A stretch of DNA of 22,442 bases from Dehalococcoidia bacterium (GTDB lineage: Bacteria; Chloroflexota; Dehalococcoidia; GIF9; AB-539-J10), in NCBI GenBank assembly GCA_030612025.1, contig JAUWOR010000012.1, positions 1 to 22,442 on the forward strand, written 5' to 3'. Every line of letters starts with the position of its first letter. Within the stretch, counting starts at the first letter, position 1. The translations under genes were made by a program, and so were the position numbers. Positions 14,818-22,442 of the stretch are shown here, piece by piece. The notes under the pieces were generated by a model. It did no database searches and was not told where the DNA came from. It saw only the letters and a list, made by a program, of their open reading frames with translations.

Positions 14818-15480
14818 CTATTCCTTCCAAGCGCCTTCACCGATAAGTGGCACAAAATAACAGGCGCCAAGGTTCTCCACTTTGTTTCCTTCCTTGTTTT
14901 TGCTAATCTTCATCAGCTCTTGTTGCCAGTGAGAGCCTACCGGAATTACCAATCGGCCACCCCATGATAGTTGTCCCAACAGGATTTGAGGGATGGAAGG
15001 GGCACCAGCAGAAACTATAATAGCATCATAGGGCGCATCTTCCAGCCAACCCAAGGTCTTGCCAGCGCTGTGAACTTCAACATTGGAGTAGCCAAGTTTT
15101 TCCAAAACTCGTTTAGCCGATTCTACTAGTTCAGGTATAATTTCTACAGTAACTACTTGCTTGGCTAGCTCGGCTAATACAGCCGCTTCGTAGCCACTTC
15201 CTGTACCTAGCTCCAAGACCTTTTCGTCACCTTTAAGCTCTAGGGCCTGTATCATCAGAGCTACAATGAAAGGTTGGGAAATGGTTTGCCCAAAACCAAT
15301 GCTTAACGGCCTATCCTCATAAGCGGCATGGTAATACTCTTGAGGCACGAAGGCTTCACGTGGAACACGCTTCATGGCTTCAACCACACGCTTATCGGCA
15401 ATCTCCCAACTGAGATGTTTGATTAGCGCGGCTTTGGCTTTCTCTAAGTCTATGCCGGTCATGACAAAAAAATTAGCCAA
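14818..15480 (-). CDS. pcm: Protein-L-isoaspartate O-methyltransferase (start may be ATG 15462)
   Basis: VPREAFV, GQTISQP, VLELGTGSGY, APYDAIIV, GGRLVIPVG. Confidence 0.95.
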   Translation of the reverse strand: MANFFVMTGIDLEKAKAALIKHLSWEIADKRVVEAMKRVPREAFVPQEYYHAAYEDRPLSIGFGQTISQPFIVALMIQALELKGDEKVLELGTGSGYEAAVLAELAKQVVTVEIIPELVESAKRVLEKLGYSNVEVHSAGKTLGWLEDAPYDAIIVSAGAPSIPQILLGQLSWGGRLVIPVGSHWQQELMKISKNKEGNKVENLGACYFVPLIGEGAWKE

Positions 15481-15718
15481 GGATAAAGGATAGCACTACA
15501 AGGACCAGTATTATCGCTCCGGCAAGAATACCGATGCGTCGTAGCTCAGGCATCAAGTATTGATAGTATTTTGCAGGATCTTTGACCTCAGGAGACACCT
15601 TACCGGCTAATTGAAGTTGGGCAGTTACTGGCTTGAGTGATTGGGAATACTTCCTCTGTGTTTCTTGTGCTAACTTGGCACGGTGTTTCGCTTTAGCCCG
15701 ACGCGATTTCTTAGGCAT
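15473..15718 (-). CDS. Hypothetical small protein with a basic N-terminus and C-terminal TM helix
   Basis: Translationally coupled between the recombinase and pcm. Confidence 0.75.
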   Translation of the reverse strand: MPKKSRRAKAKHRAKLAQETQRKYSQSLKPVTAQLQLAGKVSPEVKDPAKYYQYLMPELRRIGILAGAIILVLVVLSFILG

Positions 15719-16581
15719 TATTCACTTACCTTAGCTAAGGGCGAGGACTGCTTGTAGATTCTAGTACTGGAAATATAGGCATGGCCTAAAGCTCGCTGGA
15801 TGGATTGAAGGTCAGCACCACTTTGTAATTTGCGTGCCGCGAAGCTATGACGCAAGGTGTGCGGCGTAATCTTAGCACTAAACCCAGCTTTAGAAGCATG
15901 GTTTTTAACAATCTGCCAAAATCCCTGCCGGGTAAGCCGACCACCACGCCGGTTGAGAAATAGCGCTTTTTCCTTTTCATCATATAATAAATCAAGTCTA
16001 TCATTCTCAAGGAAATTTCTTAATATCTGGTTTATATGGTGGTCAAAGGGGATCTGCCTTTTAGAGCTACCATGGGCACAGTGTACACAAGAACGCTCCA
16101 AGTCTATATCCTTCACGTTTAGAGATACTAGCTCACTAGCACGCAAACCAGTAGCGTAAAGTAACTCTAACATCACCACATCTCTCCTGGCTTCTGGAGT
16201 GGATAGTTTTTTTGGCTCTGCCAGCAAACAGCGATACTCAGACGGAGACAAAAATTTAGGCGAATGCTTGCTAACTCGAGGAGAAATTAAATTCCTTGTT
16301 GGATTCTCTCTTAGCTTGCCTGAAGCAACCATAAATTTAAAAAAAGACTTGGCCGAGGCTACTTTGCGAGCTACTGTAGCAGTGGAATATCTCCTTTCCC
16401 TGAGGTTAAGCAGATAGCTCTTTAAAAGCTCGCCACTTGACTTAATTATTCCTTTTGCCCTCTCTGCTTCAGTGTAAGCCATTAGCTGGTTCAAATCATT
16501 ACGATAAGCAGCCAAGGTATTCTGTGAGCAATTTTTCTTCTTAGCTAGATAGCCAAGGAAAGCTTCAATATCTTCCTTCAT
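15718..16581 (-). CDS. Tyrosine recombinase, XerD/XerC-like
   Basis: SAM-like N-domain (SQNTLAAYRNDL), LYATGLRASEL, HTLRHSFA, LGH, STRIY. Confidence 0.92.
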   Translation of the reverse strand: MKEDIEAFLGYLAKKKNCSQNTLAAYRNDLNQLMAYTEAERAKGIIKSSGELLKSYLLNLRERRYSTATVARKVASAKSFFKFMVASGKLRENPTRNLISPRVSKHSPKFLSPSEYRCLLAEPKKLSTPEARRDVVMLELLYATGLRASELVSLNVKDIDLERSCVHCAHGSSKRQIPFDHHINQILRNFLENDRLDLLYDEKEKALFLNRRGGRLTRQGFWQIVKNHASKAGFSAKITPHTLRHSFAARKLQSGADLQSIQRALGHAYISSTRIYKQSSPLAKVSE

Positions 16582-16652
16582 TAAATATTATTTTAGCATA
16601 ACTCAGACTATTTTTGTCTGCATCCAAGTCTCCTGTTACAATAAAATTTACC

Positions 16653-18464
16653 ATGCAGGCACAGTTAGAGGAACAAATAAAAGCCTTGCCAGCAAGTCTA
16701 GGAGTCTATTTATTCAAGGATAACCAAGGTAAGGTTATTTATATCGGTAAGGCTGCCAATTTGAGCCATAGGGTAAGGAGCTATTTTGGTGCCTCTGGTA
16801 ACTTGTCATCAAAAATTCAACAGTTGGTGTTGAAGATAAATGACCTCGAGTTTATGGTTACGGACTCTGAGCAAGAAGCGCTTATCTTAGAATGCAATCT
16901 GATAAAGAAATATCACCCGAAGTACAATGTGCGCCTTAAAGACGATAAGACCTTCCCTTACCTTAAGATAGATATTAGTGAAGATTGGCCAGGCGTTTAC
17001 ATCACGCGCCATTTTAAGGGTGGTGGAGCGAGATACTTTGGACCTTTTGCTAGTGCTGGGTCAGTACGTAAAACCTTGAAGCTGGTAAAGAAAATTTTTC
17101 CCTTTCGCTCTTGCACCAAGTCCATCGATGGCAGAGATAAGCGACCTTGCCTTGACTATTATATTCACCGCTGTCTCGGGCCATGCATTGGCGCGGTGAG
17201 TAAACAGGAATACCGGGAGGTAATAAACCAAGTTATTTTATTTTTGCAAGGTAAGCAGGAACTGGTGCTTCGTGAATTAAGTAGTAAGATGAGAGCATCA
17301 GCCCAGCAACTTCAATTTGAAAAAGCAGCTTTGCTCCGTGACCAAATTCGGGCAATAGAGAGAATCATAGAGGGGCAGAGGATTGCTATCATGGCTAAAG
17401 GCGAGCAAGATGTCATTGCTATGGTGCAAAATGAGGGGCAGGCTTATGTGGAAGTCTTTTTCATTCGCAATAATAAGCTTATTGGCCGTGACCATTTCAT
17501 CATGGAAGGTATCCATGATGAAATGCCAGGTCAAATAATGGCAAGTTTCGTAAAGCAATATTATGCCTCAGCTTCCTATATATCATCAGTAATATTACTT
17601 CAATATCCCGTGGACGAAATGTCAGTACTGGCTGAATGGCTTAAGGAACGAAGGGGAGGGAAGGTGAAACTTCAAGTGCCACAGCGAGGAGCTAAAAAAC
17701 GGCTAGTAAGTATGGTAGCTGAAAACGCCGATAAAGGTTTGCTATTGGCTAAAGCTAAACAAATAAATTTAGAGGCTATAACTTCAGGCTTGCAAGAGTT
17801 AAAAGATAGGCTTTGCTTGCCAAGAATCCCGCTGAGGATAGAGGGTTATGATATTTCTGATATTCGAGGCACTTTGGCTGTGGGCAGCATGGTTGTTCTG
17901 GAAAAGGGCTTACCCAAACCAAGTCTCTATCGTCGTTTTCGAGTGAAAATGGTAGCCGGGGCTGATGATTATGCCATGATTCAAGAGATATTAAGGCGCC
18001 GATTCAAGAGAGGCATAGCTGGTGAGGGTAGCTGGGCAGTTACGCCTGACCTTATCCTTATTGACGGTGGTAAGGGACACCTCAATGCTGCTTTAGAAGT
18101 AAGGCAAGGGTTAGGAGTTGATTCTGTTCCTATGGCTAGCTTGGCTAAAGAAAATGAGGATGTCTTCATACCAGGCGAGCCTGACCCAGTTAATATACCT
18201 AAAGGTTCTCCTGCTCTTCACATACTGCAAAGGGCAAGGGATGAGGCACATCGCTTCGCTATAAGTTATCATCAAAAATTGCGGAGTAAGAGAAGCACAG
18301 CCTCCATCCTAGATGATATTTCTGGTATTGGTCCGAAACGGAAGAAAGCCTTGCTGAAGAAATTTGGCTCAATCGAAGCCATTAAAGAGGCTTCAATTAA
18401 TCAGCTCAGCCAAGTGGAAAGAATACCCCCAGCTCTAGCTCAGAGGATCAAGCAATATTTATAA
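16653..18464 (+). CDS. uvrC: Excinuclease ABC subunit C
   Basis: GVY..YIGKA GIY-YIG domain, UVR domain, RIEGYDIS, IDGGKG, RDEAHRFA, HhH; start set at ATG 16653. Confidence 0.98.
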   Translation: MQAQLEEQIKALPASLGVYLFKDNQGKVIYIGKAANLSHRVRSYFGASGNLSSKIQQLVLKINDLEFMVTDSEQEALILECNLIKKYHPKYNVRLKDDKTFPYLKIDISEDWPGVYITRHFKGGGARYFGPFASAGSVRKTLKLVKKIFPFRSCTKSIDGRDKRPCLDYYIHRCLGPCIGAVSKQEYREVINQVILFLQGKQELVLRELSSKMRASAQQLQFEKAALLRDQIRAIERIIEGQRIAIMAKGEQDVIAMVQNEGQAYVEVFFIRNNKLIGRDHFIMEGIHDEMPGQIMASFVKQYYASASYISSVILLQYPVDEMSVLAEWLKERRGGKVKLQVPQRGAKKRLVSMVAENADKGLLLAKAKQINLEAITSGLQELKDRLCLPRIPLRIEGYDISDIRGTLAVGSMVVLEKGLPKPSLYRRFRVKMVAGADDYAMIQEILRRRFKRGIAGEGSWAVTPDLILIDGGKGHLNAALEVRQGLGVDSVPMASLAKENEDVFIPGEPDPVNIPKGSPALHILQRARDEAHRFAISYHQKLRSKRSTASILDDISGIGPKRKKALLKKFGSIEAIKEASINQLSQVERIPPALAQRIKQYL

Positions 18465-19191
18465 GTTTTGTTAAAGTCAAAGCATTTTTAACTGCAAAGG
18501 CTTCAGCATCGTTATTAAAGTAAATATAAACGGCTTTAACTTTTTCACCTAATCGAGCGATTTTTTGTGCCCAGTGGGAAAGCTCCTCATTAGAGTAGCA
18601 GCTTGAATATAAGCTAGCACTGCCGTGAAAACGGATGTAGGCGAAGTCGCTAGTGGCTACAAGAGGGCAAGTAAAGCCAGGCATATCAAAGACACACAAG
18701 CCAGCATTGTATTGTTGTAAGATGTGGAAGATGTGGAAGATAGAATCATCAAGCCAGGATTCGTGGCGAAATTCAAACACATGCTGATATTTTTGAGGTA
18801 ATGAAGATAGGAAGCTTTCCAATACCTCATCATTACGTTTCATGTTAGGTGGTAGTTGGTACAGAAGGGGGCCTAGCTTATCTTGGAGCAAACAAGCCCG
18901 TGATAAGAAGTTTTCCACTGCTGAGCCCAAATTTTTCAATCTTTTTATATGGGTAATGAAGCGGCTTACCTTAACGGCAAAGATAAAGTCTTCAGGTGCA
19001 GATTCCCGCCAGGTGGCGAAAGCCTTCTCAGAAGGGAGATGGTAAAAACTGTTGTTAAGCTCTACAGTGTTAAATTGCTTGACATAAAATTGCAGCCATT
19101 TCGATTTGGGTAATCCTTCGGGGTAATAAAGGCTACGCCAGTGGTCATAATGCCAACCACTAGTGCCAATATGATATTTTGGTGATACCAT
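18448..19191 (-). CDS. DUF72 domain protein
   Basis: IGTSGWHY, TVELNNSFY, ITHIKRL, QLPP, FEFRHESW, YIRFHG, YFNND. Confidence 0.93.
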   Translation of the reverse strand: MVSPKYHIGTSGWHYDHWRSLYYPEGLPKSKWLQFYVKQFNTVELNNSFYHLPSEKAFATWRESAPEDFIFAVKVSRFITHIKRLKNLGSAVENFLSRACLLQDKLGPLLYQLPPNMKRNDEVLESFLSSLPQKYQHVFEFRHESWLDDSIFHIFHILQQYNAGLCVFDMPGFTCPLVATSDFAYIRFHGSASLYSSCYSNEELSHWAQKIARLGEKVKAVYIYFNNDAEAFAVKNALTLTKLINIA

Positions 19192-19201
19192 TTGAATCCT
19201 C

Positions 19202-19975
19202 TTAAGGCGAGCTAAAGTCAATGTAGGCGGTATAATCTGGAATGGCATGAAAGCCAAGAACCATAGGCCAATTCTTGCCTTTATATTCACGCCCTAATCC
19301 TATAGACAGATAGACTTTTTCAAAGTGGAGCAGTTCCTTTAGTTGCCCCTCAGTCAAGTTAATAATATTGGCTTTCTCCCCAAGCAATCTTTTCCCCAAT
19401 GCTCTGAATTTCAAGTCAGTGCAGGGAAGACCTGGACTTTTTGGAGTCCCTAAATAATCTTGCCCGGCAAAGTCAAAGATAACACGTGCCTCATACTTGC
19501 CATAACGAATACCCGGATCAAAGATTACCTTTTTAATCTCGTCAGGCTTAATAAGACATAAGGAGCGACAAGGAAGAGATTGTAAGACATCGTTCGGGGA
19601 AGCATCTAGGAGAGAATCTAGTAATTCAGCACGCTGATATTCAGGAACATTTTTCAAAATGACTGGCTTTGCACGATCAAAGTCTATGACCCAATCTTCT
19701 ATATGCGGTGTTTTTGGGAGCCATGCTAGCAAGTTCATCTTAACAATATCAAAATTGCTGATTCTCTTTCCACCGGCGTCTATAAGATCATCCGGCTGAA
19801 GAGTTCCATAGGATTTGACTAGCCTGACCCAACGGTAAGTCTCAGGAGCCATCCTCTTAGCCAAAAAGTGAGGGATAAAATGTTCCCAGCGATGTGTTGT
19901 TATGTTAATCCCGGCTAAGCAAACTCCCGAGTGCATCCGAGTTACGGCCAGAATTAATATATCTTCTTTCCTCAT
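19202..19975 (-). CDS. Putative dual OB-fold domain protein
   Basis: LAVTRMHSGVCLAG..WVR..PHIED..SLCLIKP..LPCTD..LSIGLGR pattern recognised from memory; start set at ATG 19975 behind GAGGAG. Confidence 0.65.
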   Translation of the reverse strand: MRKEDILILAVTRMHSGVCLAGINITTHRWEHFIPHFLAKRMAPETYRWVRLVKSYGTLQPDDLIDAGGKRISNFDIVKMNLLAWLPKTPHIEDWVIDFDRAKPVILKNVPEYQRAELLDSLLDASPNDVLQSLPCRSLCLIKPDEIKKVIFDPGIRYGKYEARVIFDFAGQDYLGTPKSPGLPCTDLKFRALGKRLLGEKANIINLTEGQLKELLHFEKVYLSIGLGREYKGKNWPMVLGFHAIPDYTAYIDFSSP

Positions 19976-20078
19976 CTCCTCTCGAGTGTCCTGAAAACTC
20001 AAGGACTTTGATGTCTTGCTCGCATTCCGCTTTGGTGCTTCAAGCGGAGATTTTATCCTCGGTTTTGCTAACCTTGAC

Positions 20079-20477
20079 TCAGGTAACACCTCTTTGTTTG
20101 GCTTTACTGTAAGGAACCTTAATTTTATGCTGTTCCCATAGAATTCTTGCTGCTAACTTTCTGCTGTAATCGGCAGCATCCGCCATAGCGATATTATTTA
20201 ATAAATTAATCTCCTCTGAAGGGACTTTTAGTCCAAGTAGCGCCTTAAAAGTGTATTGACGGACTTAGTTAGCAGGCTCCTTGAGGTTTGCCAAAAGAAA
20301 TGGCACTGCCTCTTGGCACCTACCAGGATATTTTGGTGTCAGTTTTCTAATAGCCGAAGCTGCTAGTCGTTTTTCATTATTCCTGCCATATAAAAGAAAA
20401 TTTATTAATCTAGGAATAGCACTTTCCTCACTTGATTCACCTAGTTCATATGGTCCTAACCTATCTATTTCTCTCAT
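20079..20477 (-). pseudogene. HEAT-repeat-like protein interrupted by TAA at 20265-20267
   Basis: EKRLAASAIRKL..AVPFLLANL..AN*VRQYTFKAL; the frame stays open for a further ~60 codons. Confidence 0.65.
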
Positions 20478-20619
20478 AGCGATCTTCCTTCAAAGTAAAG
20501 CACTCCCGTTCATCGTAGAAAAGAGGTGGCATCGTCTCCAAATACCTTCGCAACATCATAAGCTCGAATGGAATCCTTCAAGGATTTTACTTCCTTCTTC
20601 ATCCTAAAATAAAAGAGCC

Positions 20620-21063
20620 TCAAAGATGGTAAACTTCTATATTAGAGAAATGAGACTGCATATATTCAGCGAGCAAGCGTCGATGACATTGATCGGGCTT
20701 ATCTTCGGAACATAGGAAACAAATCACTTGGTTAGTTACAAAAAATTGCTCAAAGAGAGCAAGAGCATCTCGCTCGTCTAGCAATTGAAGATATATCCTC
20801 TCATATGCATCCCAGTTTTTGTCCTGTTTAAATTTTTTACGCAGCTCTTCAGTAGGTGCTAATTGAGGCAGATGCTCATATTCAATGCCAACTAATTCTA
20901 AAACAAAAGCAAGATCATCCTTCTTGGCAAACCCCACTAGTTGGGATCTATTGTTCAGCCTAACATCTATGACCTTGGTGACCTGAGCTTGATGCAGCAA
21001 CTCAATAAATTTGCGAAGGCTCTTCTTATTATGTCCAATGGTATATATTTTATCCATACTCAA
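20620..21063 (-). CDS. DUF488 family protein
   Basis: IYTIGH, IDVRL, LAPT, LCSE..CHRRL. Confidence 0.9.
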   Translation of the reverse strand: MSMDKIYTIGHNKKSLRKFIELLHQAQVTKVIDVRLNNRSQLVGFAKKDDLAFVLELVGIEYEHLPQLAPTEELRKKFKQDKNWDAYERIYLQLLDERDALALFEQFFVTNQVICFLCSEDKPDQCHRRLLAEYMQSHFSNIEVYHL

Positions 21064-21527
21064 ACTTGTAGGGAAAGTTGCACTCCGGGGTTATCACAGA
21101 GCGAGCCATCACTTTGAATGTGCCTCACATCCACTCCCTGGAGCACTAATGTTTTGGATATTAGGTGGTAACGATGGCATTCTTTAAAATCACCTTCGCT
21201 ACACATTATAGCAGTCCTTTCCTGTTCAGCAATTTGGATTAATTCGGTGATTCCTTCTTGGTATACCTGTGTTGATTCTACTCTAAGGTGACCGGGGCTA
21301 GAGGATCCTTTATGCTTGGGGCGCCCCCCAAGTTTATCCCCCAAAAACTTGTATTTTATGTGATTAAGCTTCAGATGACTAGCTAAATTGCGTTGATTAA
21401 ATTGCGGACTATAGCTACTAAATGGCTGACCTCTCACATCAACAAGAGTTGTGATAACATGCTGCTTCAAAAGATTTGTAAAAGTATCTAGCGGTAAGTT
21501 GCTGTGACCAATAGTGAATATCAGCAT
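21060..21527 (-). CDS. DUF488 family protein
   Basis: IFTIGHSN, LVDVR, PQFN, LGGR, MCSE..CHR. Confidence 0.9.
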   Translation of the reverse strand: MLIFTIGHSNLPLDTFTNLLKQHVITTLVDVRGQPFSSYSPQFNQRNLASHLKLNHIKYKFLGDKLGGRPKHKGSSSPGHLRVESTQVYQEGITELIQIAEQERTAIMCSEGDFKECHRYHLISKTLVLQGVDVRHIQSDGSLCDNPGVQLSLQV

Positions 21528-21591
21528 TTGATTAATTCACTTGTTTGCATATTCTTCTTAAAATACATTATACTCCTTAATCAGAGGGGCT

Positions 21592-21709
21592 TCTTGGTGA
21601 CTAGAGCGGAGTGGAACCACCCGTTCCCATCCCGAATACGGAAGTGAAACGCTCCAGCGCAGACGATACTTAAGGGGCAACCCTTTGGGAAAATAGGCCG
21701 TTGCCAGGA
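21592..21709 (+). rRNA. rrf: 5S rRNA (stand-alone)
   Basis: cacccgttcccatcccgaatacggaagtgaaac..gcgcagacgatact..gggaaaatagg..ttgccagg; terminal helix I pairs. Confidence 0.95.
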
Positions 21710-21718
21710 AGCTTCTCT

Positions 21719-22442
21719 TTATTTCAATTGCGCCAAATCGAAGCGCATGCCATCCCGAGCAGCTATAACTGTAATTCCAGTTTCCATGGTTAATTTTTGG
21801 GCTAATTCCCAAGGCTTAGCTCGCCACATGGTCATGCCAAAATGAGTAACTATGGCTGTCTTTGGTTTTATTTCTTCGATTATTCCCTTGGCTTCAGGGA
21901 GAGATAAGTGATCAATGGGAGCTCCGGGAGTTAACCTGACAACATTGATAATCAGTAACTCTCCCGTATAATAACTAGGTAACTCATCAAAATATTTAGT
22001 ATCAGTGATCCAAGAGAAGGTATGTCGTGCTGTTCGAAAGATAAAGCCATATGTTTCCACAGGATGCCGATGCCTAATTGGCGTCTCAAAAGAAATGTTA
22101 GCTAATTTGTAGGAGCCCCCCTCAGTCAAAATTTCTGCCCTTTCGGGGTAGGAGCGCAAATAAGATAAGATAACAGGCTCTTGATTTAAAGTATCAGCAG
22201 GAGTAAAGACTATGCCCCGCTTTTTTTTGCCACCGTTGGTCATAGCTTCGATCATAATATTGATATCCCCACTGTGGTCTAGATGCTTATGAGATTAAAT
22301 AATAGCTTCTAGCTTAGAGGGGTCAAGTTTTCTCTTAGCAGCTTGAACTAAACTGCCAGGGCCGGGATCGAGAAGTATTTGAGTGTTGCCAAGGCTAAGC
22401 CAGGCACCGCCGGAAGCTAGAAATTGGCGGGTAACTACAAAT
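21719..22442 (-). pseudogene. MBL-fold metallo-hydrolase with an in-frame TAA at 22295-22297 (5' end outside the window)
   Basis: LDPGPG..AII*SHKHLDH..RHPVETYG..TDT..HL..THFG. Confidence 0.85.

Noticed and set aside
18721-18741. 9-bp duplication giving FHIFHI in DUF72
   Set aside because: A single in-frame slippage event, unrelated in sequence to the 9-mer arrays
565-20607. Other short antisense or nested ORFs in the track (e.g. 565-798, 1819-2010, 8842-9048, 10587-10841, 15857-16159, 17298-17558, 20281-20607)
   Set aside because: Shadows of well-supported genes, with no recognisable motifs
21558-21812. 84-aa ORF
   Set aside because: Antisense to the 5S rRNA and overlapping the hydrolase gene
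12490-22297. Stop-codon reassignment explaining the in-frame stops
   Set aside because: Stops are both TAA and TAG, fall at positions expected to be W, Q, L or E/K, and the same codons terminate intact genes

Overview
Bacterial chromosomal window. The gene set and style suggest Chloroflexota/Dehalococcoidia, but that is inference. The right half (12.8-22.4 kb) is mostly housekeeping: tRNA-Gly(CCC), argC, tRNA-Glu(TTC), pcm, a XerD-like recombinase, uvrC, DUF72, a DUF488-DUF488-HEAT-dual-OB cluster and a stand-alone 5S rRNA, plus several genes broken by nonsense codons. The left half (1-12.6 kb, all minus strand) is a glycosylation locus (archaeal-type STT3/AglB, sugar-phosphate nucleotidyltransferase, flippase). 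Its downstream 7 kb is a dense, co-oriented array of toxin-antitoxin and HEPN-MNT cassettes. Main observation: the cassettes are separated by five diverged copies of the 3' end of an rmlC-like (dTDP-sugar 3,5-epimerase) gene (DPFDNDIPYDW..KQG*), plus two rmlD 3' ends and one nucleotide-sugar-dehydrogenase 5' end, and none of these genes is intact in the window. This looks like an integrase-free cassette array that grew by repeated capture at sugar-gene ends. Layered on top are a MITE-like family carrying interchangeable GTAG...CTAC double-hairpin modules, and nested four-helix-bundle gene relics with 7- and 9-bp tandem repeats. All family assignments come from motif recognition by eye; no searches were run.
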